A DNA stretch of 64,000 bases from Podarcis bocagei (taxonomy: Eukaryota): NCBI GenBank assembly GCA_964188305.1, contig OZ076886.1. The stretch is one strand, 5' to 3'. The stretch's first letter is position 1. Every line of letters begins with the position of its first letter. The notes beneath the pieces were generated by a model, which saw only the letters and a list, made by a program, of their open reading frames with translations, was not told where the DNA came from and made no database searches. Of this stretch, positions 11,764 through 24,263 are shown piece after piece. The position numbers and the translations under genes are program-made.

Positions 11764-13281
11764 ATCTTCCATGTGACAATAAAATTATTACAATGATTAT
11801 TTAAGGCTTGGTTTCCAGACCCTTGAACGTCTTGGTTGCCCAACTCTGCACATGTCTTTCCTTGATTAAGATATTATGGAGAAATAGAACTGATTGTCAT
11901 CAGTATATTGATGGCAATTTGCCCCAAAACGCCTAATGGCCACTTCTAGAGCTTCATATAGATATGATATAGCATTGGTCATAGAATAACATAATCACCA
12001 GTGGGCCAAAAAGGAGTGTGTTTTAAGCAAACACTGGAAAGAGTTGGGTTGATGGGAGTTGGAATCCAGCAATATCTGGAGGGCCACAAGTTCCTCACCC
12101 CTGCCTTAGATAATCACCTAGTTTCCTTATGCAGCCTTTGATGTAGGGATGACTACAAAACACATCAGTTTACAAATGATTTATGAAATGGTTACTCCAT
12201 TGATGAGGAAAAGGTGGACCCTGGATATTACGAATACCACTTAAAATGGATGTTCTTATAAATTATTCTGACACACTTATTATTGTGAAAATACGTTTTA
12301 CAAGTTAAGTGTAAAAATCGAACCATAGTTAAAAGTAATGTGTGGCATAATTTTATATGGTCCAGGCAAATTGTAAAACACCTTCAGCTTTCTTCCTAAG
12401 TTTGGAAATTAATGTAGGTATTTAGGGATTTAGTATTTGCTACAATAAAACTATAAACATAATTCATAAATCTTATAGTTATGATTCCACTAATGATCCT
12501 CATTACAAAGGGCTTCAACAGAGAAGTGAGGATTTTATAGCTTCTTCCCTAGCTGTAACATATTGAACACCCTTTCATTTAATGTGAGCTCCCATTGACA
12601 CATCATAATTCCTTGGAAAATAATTTCACTTTAGCTGTGATTATTGTTATTTTTTAAAGAACCGCTTGGAAAAGCTTAATATTTCACCGTGTTCTCAAGT
12701 TTTCAAATAAATAAATAAATCCTGAAATACTTTGAATTATGTCAGCTACAACATCAGATATAAAGGGGGCGGGCACACATGAAGTATTAGGAATTTCCTA
12801 AAAGAAAGTTGCAGTCCACTCTATGCATGGAATGATATTGCCAGTTAGTTCTCTAATGTATTGGGGCATGGGTTGAAATAATCTGCTGAAGAACGGGAAG
12901 TTCTTGCAAAAAAAAACTACCATATAAAATTTACAGAAGAAATTGTCCTCTTATAATCATTTTTGAACCATAACATTCATTTGCAGTCTGTTGGGTTGAT
13001 TGTATGGAGTGAAAATTGCATTTATTAGCGGACAAATCTCTTGTTTAGTACTATGAGGAAAAAGGTTTTTTTAAGATTGTAGGCACAAGTGCCAGTTGAG
13101 TTTGCCCTGGCAGAACACTCTTTGACTTGTGTGCAACAAATGTGCCTAAGGGCAGAACTATGTGTTGTGGAAAAAATAAGTGCCTACAAATCTATGGTGG
13201 CCACTTCCAAAACATTGGGTAGCTTTGGAAGGGAGCAATTGGGGTGGGGAAGTTGTGTGCGCTGGCAATGGGGACTGAGAT

Positions 13282-13587
13282 CAAGGGCACCCTGTCAATA
13301 AGGCGATGTGAAAGCCATCTGCCTCAGGCAGCAGATCCAACCGCTGCCATTGCCCCATTGCCAGCCTCCCCGGGGCTTGGCTAGTGCAGCCACCTCAACA
13401 CCATTGCCCTCACTGCTACTGCACTGTGGTGGAAGTGTGGGCACAGCCACAAGCAAGGGTAGAGTTGTGGTGGCAGAGCCGGTGGCAACGTGAGTGTGAT
13501 GGCAAGGATGAGGTGGGGGCCTGAATTGGGGGGGGGGGGCATCGTGGCATTTTGCTAATAGCAGCAAAATGTCTCAGGCCAGCCCTG
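13282..13587. mobile_element. Degenerate hAT-like MITE related to 56153-56358
   Basis: Shares ggcagcagatcc and the caaaatgt...gccctg terminus with the 56153 copy. Confidence 0.5.
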
Positions 13588-13670
13588 GTCAGGATGGTTA
13601 TCTCATCATCAAACAACTGTTTTCCTGCTCCAACTAGCCAACCCTATTTTCCCCTCACACAGTTCTAGTT

Positions 13671-14002
13671 TAGGGATGGATGAATTACCCTCTTTCTGGT
13701 CCATGCCAGTTTTGCATGTAGGGAATATCCTATCCCATTTGTTGCTATTTTTTAAAAAAGGAAATGCACTAAATATATGCATTTAACTTGTACATATTTT
13801 GCATGGACTTTTGTATGCAGTTCCCCCTAGAAGTGCATATTTTGTGCATTTTTCTGTAAAATACACATCTTTGTATGCTTTTTTTAAAAAGCTGAAACTG
13901 ATTTGTCAACTGTGTTCTGAACTGCATATAAGTCCAGGGCTGGCCTATAAGGTTGGTTTGCTTAGAAATGCAGACTGCACAAATTTCTCCTCTATCTCTT
14001 GT
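13671..14002. mobile_element. Degenerate TAGGGATG-ended hAT-type MITE
   Basis: tagggatgga...ccccta ends; AT-rich interior similar to 37208-37537. Confidence 0.55.
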
Positions 14003-15308
14003 CTAGATTCATGTTTCCCCTAGCAAACATGTCTGGAACTCTTAAAAGTAGTTCAGAGGAAGGCACTGAAGTAGAAAAGCAATGAATATTGGGAGTGATG
14101 AAGAGCCCTTCCCTTTGCCAGCTCTCTACTCCAAATGGGTTCCTAACAGATGTGGTCACTGGAGTTTTGTTCTACATGTTCGCACATAATGTAGCATTTC
14201 ACCTCTTAAAATATTTATTTCTAAATAACCCATTAGTTATACAGTTGGTTGAAATGGTGAGATTCCTCTGGGGTAAGTGGCATGAAGACTGTATAGTAAC
14301 TAGAATTTTCCCACCCAACTCCCTGTATGTTTACTTATCACATAGGGACCAATACTGATGCCATGCTGTATTATGTTGCCTTGGGGCCAGTACCGACCAT
14401 GTGACTAAGTAGTTATTTGAGTCTAAACTAGTCCTGGCATAGCCCCACTGGTTTTAATGGGATTTTGTGGGTACTGCTTTGGGTCAAAAGACTACAAGAA
14501 AGCAGGTTTCAGCTTCTCCTTTATATTTCTTTAGAAAGGATTATAACATTCATTTTTTTCCCTGAGGTGATGCTATCCCAGATGTCATGCTGATAACTTT
14601 AATACTTTATTGACTTGAGAATATGGAAGGAATGGTCTATAGTTACATTTGGGGCTTCCCTTTGCCTGCCACTGTTATTTACCCGTAATAATCCTAGTTT
14701 ATTCCAGTGTAACATATAGTTCCCCTGAAGGCTACATTGATTTATGAGAGAGGACCATTTTCCCCTTAGCTGTCTGCCAGTGCATCACAGTGGATAAGAA
14801 TCTCATATTCTGCTCACCAACCGTTACATTGCTCAGGATCAACTAGTTCTGTTTATCTCAGAGGTGTCTTGGGTTTATGTTGCCCTGTATTCGTGTGCAC
14901 ACTTCCCAAATGCTGCATTGTGAAAAGCGTTTGGAAACTGAAGAGATTTCTGAACATAGGCTTTGATGGTGATGTGCTGCTGCTGCAAAAAAGTTACTGT
15001 ACAAATTCCTCTGAGTGCGAGCAACCCATTGGGGTAGCCTCTCGCAGTCCCAGCCTATCAGTATTCTGAGTGTTTTCATTCTTAATATTATTGTTTAATG
15101 ACATTAATAACATTATTTAGTTTTATATTATAATGTTCTTAATGCCAATCTTGGGGCTTTTAAACTCAAAGGCAACATGAATTATACTACTATGAATACT
15201 TAATCTCAAATAGCTAGGCACAAGTGTTAAATCATAAGACCACATCGTCCTTGCCTACAAATTTAAAAGGCTGATTTGCCAATACAGACCACCCTCCTTC
15301 TGATGGTG

Positions 15309-15458
15309 TAGAATTGTAGAGTTGGAAGGGGACCTGAGGGTCATCAAGTCCAACCCCCTGCAGTGCAGGAATCCTGCCCACACCTGTCCCTGGCTGGGCT
15401 CAAACCACCAACCTTCTGGTTAACAGCCAAATCCACTGACCCATTGCACCACAGGAGG
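15309..15458 (-). mobile_element. SINE-like chimera: tRNA-Asn(GTT)-derived head plus CR1 3' tail
   Basis: Minus strand: ctgtggtgcaatgggtcagtggatttggctGTTaaccagaaggttggtggtttgagcccagccaggga, then gattcctgcactgcagggggttggacttgatgaccc...ccaactctacaattcta. Confidence 0.8.
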
Positions 15459-15666
15459 TATACTCTACATTGCTTCTATCTAAACTCCACTGAAATGTGA
15501 GGGTGCGTTTGTGGGTAACGGTTGTAGGCAGGCAGAACTCTTGTTTCGCCCTGCCAGGGTGACGGTGTGCTTTTGTCAGAGTGACGGGTGCATGAAGCGA
15601 TGAAGATGGAATGAAGGATTGGCCTCGCATCCTCTCCAGTGATTTAATGCCCTTTCGTTCTTCTAG

Positions 15667-15717
15667 ATCTAATGCTGGATGATGTAATAATGGACAGCTC
15701 AGCCAGTGCACTGCCAG
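15667..15717 (+). CDS. CACNA1G: CACNA1G cassette exon 26 (III-IV linker, 51 nt)
   Basis: cttctag|AT CTA ATG...CCA G|gtactg; phase 1-1; (N/D)LMLDDVIMDSSASALP, resembling mammalian NLMLDDVIASGSSASAAS. Not in the ORF track. Confidence 0.93.
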
Positions 15718-16655
15718 GTACTGGGAAGTCCTTGCTGTCTTTGTCTCACGTGAATGGCAGTGCTGTGTGACTTAACGGCCGCCCACTGGTCCTATGAGGC
15801 AGCTTGCTAGATTGTGTGTGGTGGAAGGCCTTTTCTTGGTTTCTCTGCATTTCACGCATGTTGTTTTTGTGCTTGTTTTTAAAAAATTAGAAACGTCTGC
15901 AGGTTTGACTTATCACTGACACATTTTTGATGTTATGGTCTTAACCTTACCTTTTTAGCAGGTTTTCTTTTTCTTTTTCATCACAAATATTGCCAACTTC
16001 CCTTCGATGTTCTTTTCTTTGTTTTTTGGTTGTTTTCAGGAAGAGATTTTTTGGATAATGTCTGGGTCATCCACTTTGGAGCTGTTTGATGTGTGGTGAT
16101 TAACCTTGTACAGATGTGCGGAGACTCGGGGGGAGGTCCCTCATTTTGTACTGACCAAGAGAGGTCACCAGAGCTAAAAATAGTGTCGCCTCAGGTGACA
16201 AATATATTTTTGCAGAATATTTTGTATACAATGTTCTGTAATGGGCTCCCCCATCACCACCAAAGTCCTATAGTGTTTCAAATCCTTCCCCAGTACAACC
16301 TTGCTTAAGATAGATCTGGAGACTGGGGAGAATTTTTCAGAAGAGAGTTTTGTAAGAAAAATGGTTGATAGAATTCATTCCTGAACCCAAAAGAATATTT
16401 GGCAAAATCCCTTCCCCATTTTGCAACCCTAAAATATCAGGAGATAATTGGGGAGGGCATTTCAGCTCTGCTCTATTAACTGTATTTTGAAGTAAAATGT
16501 AATACCTGCATCAGCTATCAATGTTTTACTTGCCTAGATACTGATCTGTGCATGTGGACAATTCTCCTCAGCTATGTTATTTGGGAGGAAAGAGTCCACC
16601 AAAATCAGTTGAAAACTTATTCCAAAATGCATTTGGGATCATGCTGTTAGGTATA

Positions 16656-16910
16656 CAGTGGTACCTCGGTTTGTGAACGTCTCCATTGGCGATGGTTTCG
16701 GTTTTCGAACGCCAAAAATCCAGAAGTAAACGCTTCCATTTTCAAACATGCCTCGGAAGTCAAATGGCTTCCGCTGAGGTGCCACTGTATTTTTCTCAAT
16801 TTTCTCTATGAAATTTGCAGACCACCCTTTGCGCCTCGGTTTTCAAATATTCCAGAACTCAAACAGTCTTCCAGAACAGAGAAATACGTTTGAAAACTGA
16901 GGTACCACTG
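16656..16910. mobile_element. Tc1/mariner-type MITE
   Basis: TA|CAGTGGTACCTCGGTTT ... AAACTGAGGTACCACTG|TA. Confidence 0.9.
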
Positions 16911-19900
16911 TATACCTAACAGTATGATCTGTTTAGGGGACAGCTCCTTATCTGTACAGGGCCCAAGCCTTAGCCCAACTTCTTAATAAGGTGATACCCT
17001 ATTGTCCAGGTTCTGCTCCTTTAGACTGCAGTGGGGGCTCCTGCGATTGAATGTTCCCCCACTGAAAAATAAAAAAACCACACGTTTAAACAAATTAGAA
17101 AGGAGAACTTTTGTGTTGTTTTCAGTGTGAGAAAAAGTGATGTCATGTCCTACTTCATTAATCAAGACCTAGCAAGAGACAGATAGTCATGTAGTCCAAA
17201 TCAGATCTATAGCTCTGGGCCCGCTTAGCAGATTCTTTACTTTAGCAAGCACAGAATCAAACATTGCCTAATAAAGGACAGTCTCTTTAATCCACCTTTA
17301 GAAAAACTCAAAATAGCAACAGGAATTTGATCGCTCAATTCAAGTCCACATCTTTACATAGCATAAGATAACTGAACCTCTCATTGGCTGCCAGGAAATC
17401 CTTCTAGTCACTCCAACTCCATGCATTTGTAAAACCAGACTGGGCATATTTTGTGTGAGAGTCTCAAGGACTTTTCCACCTCAGTGACCCTGGTCATAAT
17501 TGCCAAACATTGAATCAGCTGTTGGGTTGTAAGCCAGAAGAACACATCACTGGCAAGTGTTGCAACTTTGGAAAACCAGGAAAGGTTGCATACATTAGAC
17601 AAATTGTCTGCAGCAATCTTGCAGGGAGACTTTTCCAAATTCTTCAAATTATATGGTAGTTCCAGGGGATAAGTGAATATGGTGCCTATTTAAGCATGAT
17701 GCACATTAACACAGACCCTGATAGGTATACTGTAGGGCTAATTTGAGGTGCAACTCTAATAATACAAGTTGTGTAAAAAAGTAAATAAAGAGCATTACAG
17801 AGGAATAAATCAGAAGGGGGTTTTAAAGATATATATGGCTTACAAAAAATGACCCAGCTCATTTTAATAAATCCTGAATCTCCTCAACATTACCATTCTT
17901 TATGTTCCATTTCTTTGCATTCACATGTTCATATTCTCTGTGTGGGCTAGGAGATCAGTCCTGTCCATCCCCTTGGACAAGAGCTAGAGGAAAATCTCCT
18001 GAGACTTGTCCTTTCACTGTGATTCTAATCTTAAAATCTTAGATGTACATTTGAGTGTTCCGTTGCATTTGTTTGTTTTGAATGCTTTGGCGTCGTCCCA
18101 AGTGGGCCATTCTTCAGTGCAGGCTCACAAAGAACCTCTTAGTTTGCCTTTTCTTGTGTCTGATTCTCAGACCTGTGCTTTGTCTTCCCTTTGTTGTTGC
18201 CTCATACTGGTGCTCACATTATTAAACACAATGTAATGCTCATTGGTGTGAAAGGACAGAGAGAGACTCTTTTGTGAAAGTACTTTAAATGTGTGTGACA
18301 GTAGGAAACCAATGATACCCATGCTCTACAAACTAGCCCTAATGAGTCATTCAAACCTGAAAACCCAGGATGTCTTTCTTTCTTTGCATTTTACAAATTG
18401 TAGAAAGAAAATGGTGCTATCTATCTGTATTATTTACTGGTATAAAGTCAAGATTTTATTTTTGGACAGGATGCTGTCTGTCGCAGCTGGAAAACTCTCA
18501 GTGGGAACAATTTAACCATTTTCCACTTTGCTTTTAAAAAATGCCACTCACTAAAAAAAAAAAAGACTAATAAAACCACTTGTTTAAATGTCAGTGTTAC
18601 TCCCATGCACATCACTTTGAACTCAATATTCTCTGGACAGTTTGTAAATCCAGCTGCTTAGTAAGAGCTGCATCCCTGACCGCTTATCCACTTGAAGAAG
18701 GCTTGGGGGAGCATTCGACCCCCCTATTTGTGAAACGTTATGCCATTCAAAATGATACATAAATGCCAACACTGTTACAACAGCTGTTTACAGCTGCCAC
18801 ACCAGATCACTTCAGAACATCATTCTATAGAATCCAAAGAAAAATAGGAATATGTTTTGCCTGCTTCGGGCTATGTCCTGCGTAAATTGTGAATAAAAGG
18901 GTCTCTCAGTTGGCATGTTTACTCAGTGGGGTTGCCAGTCACTATGAGGTCAATATGGTGGTCGTATGAGCCTTATTGCTCTGACATACTATGCACACTG
19001 GACAGTATCCAATAATCCTTTGTCATGTTCCCTCCTTCCCTCTGGTGTGAAAGAGAGCTAGAGTTGTATCTAATCTTCCAAGATGAGAGGGAAGACTGAA
19101 ATTACCTTAATACTACCAGCTCTCTTATTACTATCGGCATAAAATGCAGTCTGAATCGCCACCACTCTGTGTAACTTGATGATGGTACACAAAAGATGCT
19201 TTGCCATTTATATCCTGGATTCTGGTTTCAGATCAAATCAATGTGACTCCATAATCAACCAATAGAAGTTCATTCCTTGTTTTTTACTGAGCCCTCCAAA
19301 GCAGCTTGATTTAGAACCTGTTTCCCCCCTCTCCACCCTTGCTGGTGCCTGTTGTTTTATTATAGGCCTTCTTGTCATTATTTTCTTGCTTTTCTTTGCC
19401 TACCATTTTCCTCCCTCCTTCCCCCACCCCATACACACGCACACCCCATTGATACCCTCGATGTCAGGATGTTGTCTTAATCTTTCCAGTATCTTCCTAA
19501 CTAATTGCGCATTCTTCTTGTTCTTGACCCAGTCACTGTATTGTAGCAGTATTGGTGGTGTGGTGTCATTTTGTGTGATGATTCATCACCTAGACTTGAA
19601 CAGATGTCTGTATTTCCCAAGATGTTGGTACCTCTCAAAAATTTCCTAGAACAAATAATGCTGTTGCATAGGGGGGCACGGATGTCAGGTCTAGAACAAG
19701 ACATTTTAAGTACTGTACCAAAACTTACAAACAATCAGAAATGTGGCTTCTTTATAACACCAGCAAAAAGAAATGATACTTTTATTTTCAAAAGAGAAAA
19801 ATGTTCCCTGCCCACCTAAACTCAGCAGCTGTTAATTTAAAGCCCACAGGAAGCATGGTGTGACTGTTTGTGGTTCATTTTAAGGTAAAAGCTGTAATTT

Positions 19901-21531
19901 CCAGTAATATGCATGACAGCATGCCAAGCATGGGGAAGCTGGTGGTGAGCAGGATTTTGAAACAGGGCTGACATGTTTAATAAAGTTATTGGCAGATACC
20001 AAAATGTTTATATCAATTATGTTACGGATTTATCAATCTGATGCACAATTTAAAAATTGGCTAAATTACTGAAAAGGAATCTGTGATTTTATTTTATTTT
20101 TGACTTAACCAGAGAAGAATTTTAGGAGAAAGCCTTACCAAAAATAAGGTGAAGACAGATATTATCAATTATAGGAGCAGGTTTGGAGGCACCTTCTCAT
20201 TCAGTCCAAAGACGTAGCTTTTTTTGCTCCAGAGCTGAACTCTGGTTCAGCAAACCTGGCTATGGCCAGTGCCTGCATCATCGTCCGATATTTCCACTCT
20301 TTGTCCAACCTTTCCTTCCCTGATATGGCAAAGAATTAATATAAAAACAAGTAGATGGATATGTGGCACTTAATTTTTTTGAGAAGGCCTAAATCAGCTA
20401 AATCATGAGGGAGGGACAAGACAGATGGTGCTCCAGTGTTCAGCTTGATAGACTGCATACCTCTCAAGCAAATGTGAAGCTGAGAGGAAGCTGAGCTCAT
20501 GTCAGAGGTGAAGAACCAGCTGAGCCATCTCTTTAAATATTACATCTGTCTTCACCCACAATATACAGAATGGAAAATGGGCAGCCCTGCTTATAAGGTT
20601 ATGCTGCCACATGCTTTGTTGCTATGCAGGTAACATTCTACAATCTCTGTGAAAATCCCTGCTGTATGTTAACAGCCTCTTTTGTTACCGTGTGGAGTTC
20701 TGAATTAGTCTGCCAGTCATAGCTGAACCCTTGGATTCCAGTGTAATTATTCATAAATAAATCCTCCCAAATAAAAGGCAGAAATTGTGACATTTTTTCA
20801 TGCCTGAATGTGAATTATGGATAAGTATCGAACAAAAAGAGATCAGCAAATTATTATGGGGTTTCTCTTTGAAATTATAACTTGGTTCATAGCCAGGGCC
20901 CCAGTTCAAACCTTAATTGTATTCAAACATTTTAGTTAATTTCCTCTTCATAGTTTTGCATAATGCCATCGAGATATCTCAAGTTTTTAATGGATATTTA
21001 TGCAGAATGTAAGAGCTCTGATGAAAGTTGTGAGTCAGTCAGATACCAACCTGTGTAGCTTTTGTTGTTGTTGTGTTTTTTAAGAGATGCTGAATAAATT
21101 CAGCAACAAAATTCACTTTTTAATATTATGCCATGGCATTCAGGGTCAGATTATCTATAGACTGGCAGCTCCTAATGCAAAAAAATATCAATTCAGCCTC
21201 TTTATTTCAAAGTACTGGAGCAAATGTTTGGGATCACTTCACCAAACCTCGCAGGATAAGTTGCTCCATTATTAGTCTTCTCCCTGATGCTCAGACTTTG
21301 TGGGTTGGGGATATTGGAAGTCATAATGATGCAGCTAATCACTTACCCAGGTGGATGATCATTTCATGTGTAAGAGGCACAGGCCCCTGTCCTCTCCACT
21401 GCACACCTATAGTAATTTGTCTTAGGTTTTCCTTGTGCACACACACGTGATTCTTCCCTCCCAAAATAGGGAAATGTTCCCCAAATTGAGCCCTCGGGCA
21501 TAAGGGGCCTGTGCTACATATTTCTTTAGGT

Positions 21532-21658
21532 CAGGAGTGGTTAACCTCTGTCCCTCTGAATGTTGTTAGACTCCAACTCCCACAGGCAGCTGTTGGCTGT
21601 GCCAGCTGGGGCAGATGGGAGCTGGAATCCAGCAGAGCAAAAGATTCCCCACACCCTG
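21532..21658. mobile_element. hAT-type hairpin MITE
   Basis: CAGG...CCTG ends; perfect 8-bp TSD CTTTAGGT (21524-21531, 21659-21666). Confidence 0.8.
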
Positions 21659-23389
21659 CTTTAGGTGCCTGGGTGAAGGGAAGAGGCATGTGCCTGCACC
21701 TCCACCATACAAAACGACTGGCCAGCTGCATAAATGGCTAAGAAGATTGCAATTTTGACTATCTGAGAATCAAATTGTATACATACTCCCTGCAAAAATG
21801 TGATCTAAAAATTAGCTTTCCCTCAAGATCACAAATACTCATACTTCACCCTCCCCAAATTTCTGTTCGGACCAATATATGAAATCCTTTTTTGTGTGTT
21901 CAGAGTAGCTAAACACCACACCATTCAATTCTCTTGGCTCAATAATTTTCATAACCAGTTGATCATCTAATTATGGTCATAATATTACACTCTGACATCT
22001 TCAAGACAGTCCTTTTCATTTTATGGTACATTATAATGCCTATTTGAAAATTGCCCTGAATTATAGACTCAGACTTGGCATTTCCTCGTTAGAGATTAGG
22101 TGAGTAAATGAGTTTATCTGCAGGAACATTCAGGCCTGAAGAGTAAGTGTCATCCCTGATGCAGCCAAACATAGAAGACAAACAGGGACATTTGCACTTT
22201 GGCAATCACACACAAATGAGAAGATCATTTATTTCCGAGACAGAAATTCTGACTGAGCAATCACTTGCATTATTTCATAAATTGTTTTCATAGCTCTGAC
22301 AACTTTGGGGTTGTTCCCCCCGCCCTCCATTTCCCTACCTTGTATTTCAAAATGCAGTTATATGAGTTCATGTCTGCTATTTCAAACAGTCCATTATTCC
22401 CTTTTTAACTTTCTTCCCCACTGCCTCTTTACATTTTCCCCTTACATCACAGTATATTGCTTGCCCAGTCAGTATCTACTAGTATCTTTTTTATACTATC
22501 CTCTCTGCCTGGACTCCCATGTTACTTTCCTACTTACTTACTTAATCAAACCTTTATTAGGCATTACAAATATAGGCCATCATAAAACATTCATATATAA
22601 CATTTCAAAATATATACAAATAAACAGCCATGTAAAATATGTAATAAAGAGGACTCCCATGTTACCTTTTTAAACACTCACCCTTATATTATATATTATG
22701 CTGAACTCACAGCTAAGTAGTCAAGCTTTACATGCCCAATGTTAACTGGGCACTGTATTGCAACAGAACACATATCCCATTGGCAAGCAAACATTCCTTC
22801 ACATTTAGGCACGCTCTCAAAATATATAGGGAAGCCCTTAAAATATCATATTACAGTGCTTTGCTATTCTCTGTCAAAAACCACTGCATACTGTTTCCAA
22901 CCTGCCTCAAGTCCTTTCCAAACTCCCTTTTCAGTAGAGATTGAATGCACGCTTTTATGCACTGTTAATACAGGCCTTGTAATTATAGCTCACATACTTG
23001 CAATTCTGATTGAAAGTTCTTGTTTTTATATAAATTAAGACTGTTGTTGTGTAATAATAGATATCTAAACAGTGATTTTTTACACTAAACATTATGTTGG
23101 AACCTGAAATGATTCCATGCCATACTCACCTTATCTCTAATCCTGAAAGCCTGGCTGTTGTGCATGTTTTATTGTAGCTGCTGGTACAGATAGATGATCC
23201 TGTAGTCTTGCTATGCATTAATGATGGTTAACATACAATCCCCTTTACCACACCCCATTTGTTGCTGAAAACCTAATCATTATGAATTTGACTGAATGTA
23301 TCAATTTGGATTTTTGAAAGCCAGTGCTGAACTGGTCTTAAGACAGGGAGAAATTACCTGATCTGCTTCTCCACTCTTTTCCTTTTCAG

Positions 23390-23541
23390 AGGCACAGTGT
23401 AAACCCTACTACTCTGATTACTCTCGCTTCCGACTTCTGATTCATCAAATGTGCACCACCCATTACCTGGATTTATTCATCACAGGTGTGATTGGGCTCA
23501 ATGTCATCACCATGGCTATGGAGCACTACCAGCAGCCAAAG
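23390..23541 (+). CDS. CACNA1G: CACNA1G exon 27: end of III-IV linker and IVS1
   Basis: ttttcag|AG...AAG|gtaggg; 152 nt; [50 protein letters not shown]. Confidence 0.97.
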
Positions 23542-23850
23542 GTAGGGCAGGAAAAGTATTTGTAGATGCTGTGGGTGGTTTGCAAACATTGTTGTAGCCT
23601 TGATAAGGAATTGGCATTGCATCCATTAACATGGAAAGAAAGAATGAAACAGAAATAAATATGCATTGACTATTCTACCATGCTGAATGGGAGATGATCG
23701 TGATAGAGGGATCTAGTTTTTACTGAGTGAGAGTAGTGTTTGCACCAGCTAAAGAACTGTGGTCGATAGCAGTCATTCAAATCATCATAAACAACACAGA
23801 AAGAAACCAAAATAAAGCAGTTGCATACAAGGATTATCTTTACAGCCCAT

Positions 23851-24263
23851 TTGTTGTTGTTGTTTAGTCGTTTAGTCGTGTCCGACTCTTAATGACACCA
23901 TGGACCAGAGCACGCCAGGCACTCCTGTCTTCCACTGCCTTCCGCAGTTTGGTCAGACTCATGTTTGTAGCTTCGAGAACACTGTCCAACCATCTCACCC
24001 TCTGTCGTCCCCTTCTTCTTGTGCCCTCAATCTTTCCCAACATCAGGGTCTTTTCCAGGGAGTCTTCTCTTCTCATGAGGTGGCCAAAGTATTGAAGCCT
24101 CAGCTTCAGGATCTGTCCTTCCAGTGAGCACTCAGGGCTGATTTCCTTAAGAATGGATAGGTTTGATCTTCTTGCAGCCCATGGGACTCTCAAGAGTCTC
24201 CTCCAGCACCGTAATTCAAAAGCATCAATTCTTCGGCGATCAGCCTTCTTTATGGTCCAGCTC
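23851..24263 (-). mobile_element. 5'-truncated RTE-BovB LINE (ORF C-terminus and (CAA)n tail)
   Basis: Open frame WTIKKADRRRIDAFELRCWRRLLRVPW...LKLRLQYFGHLMRREDSLEKTLMLGKIEGTRRRGRQR...SRTRLND*; (caa)n tail; cagcccat/cagctcat at the junctions. Confidence 0.95.
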
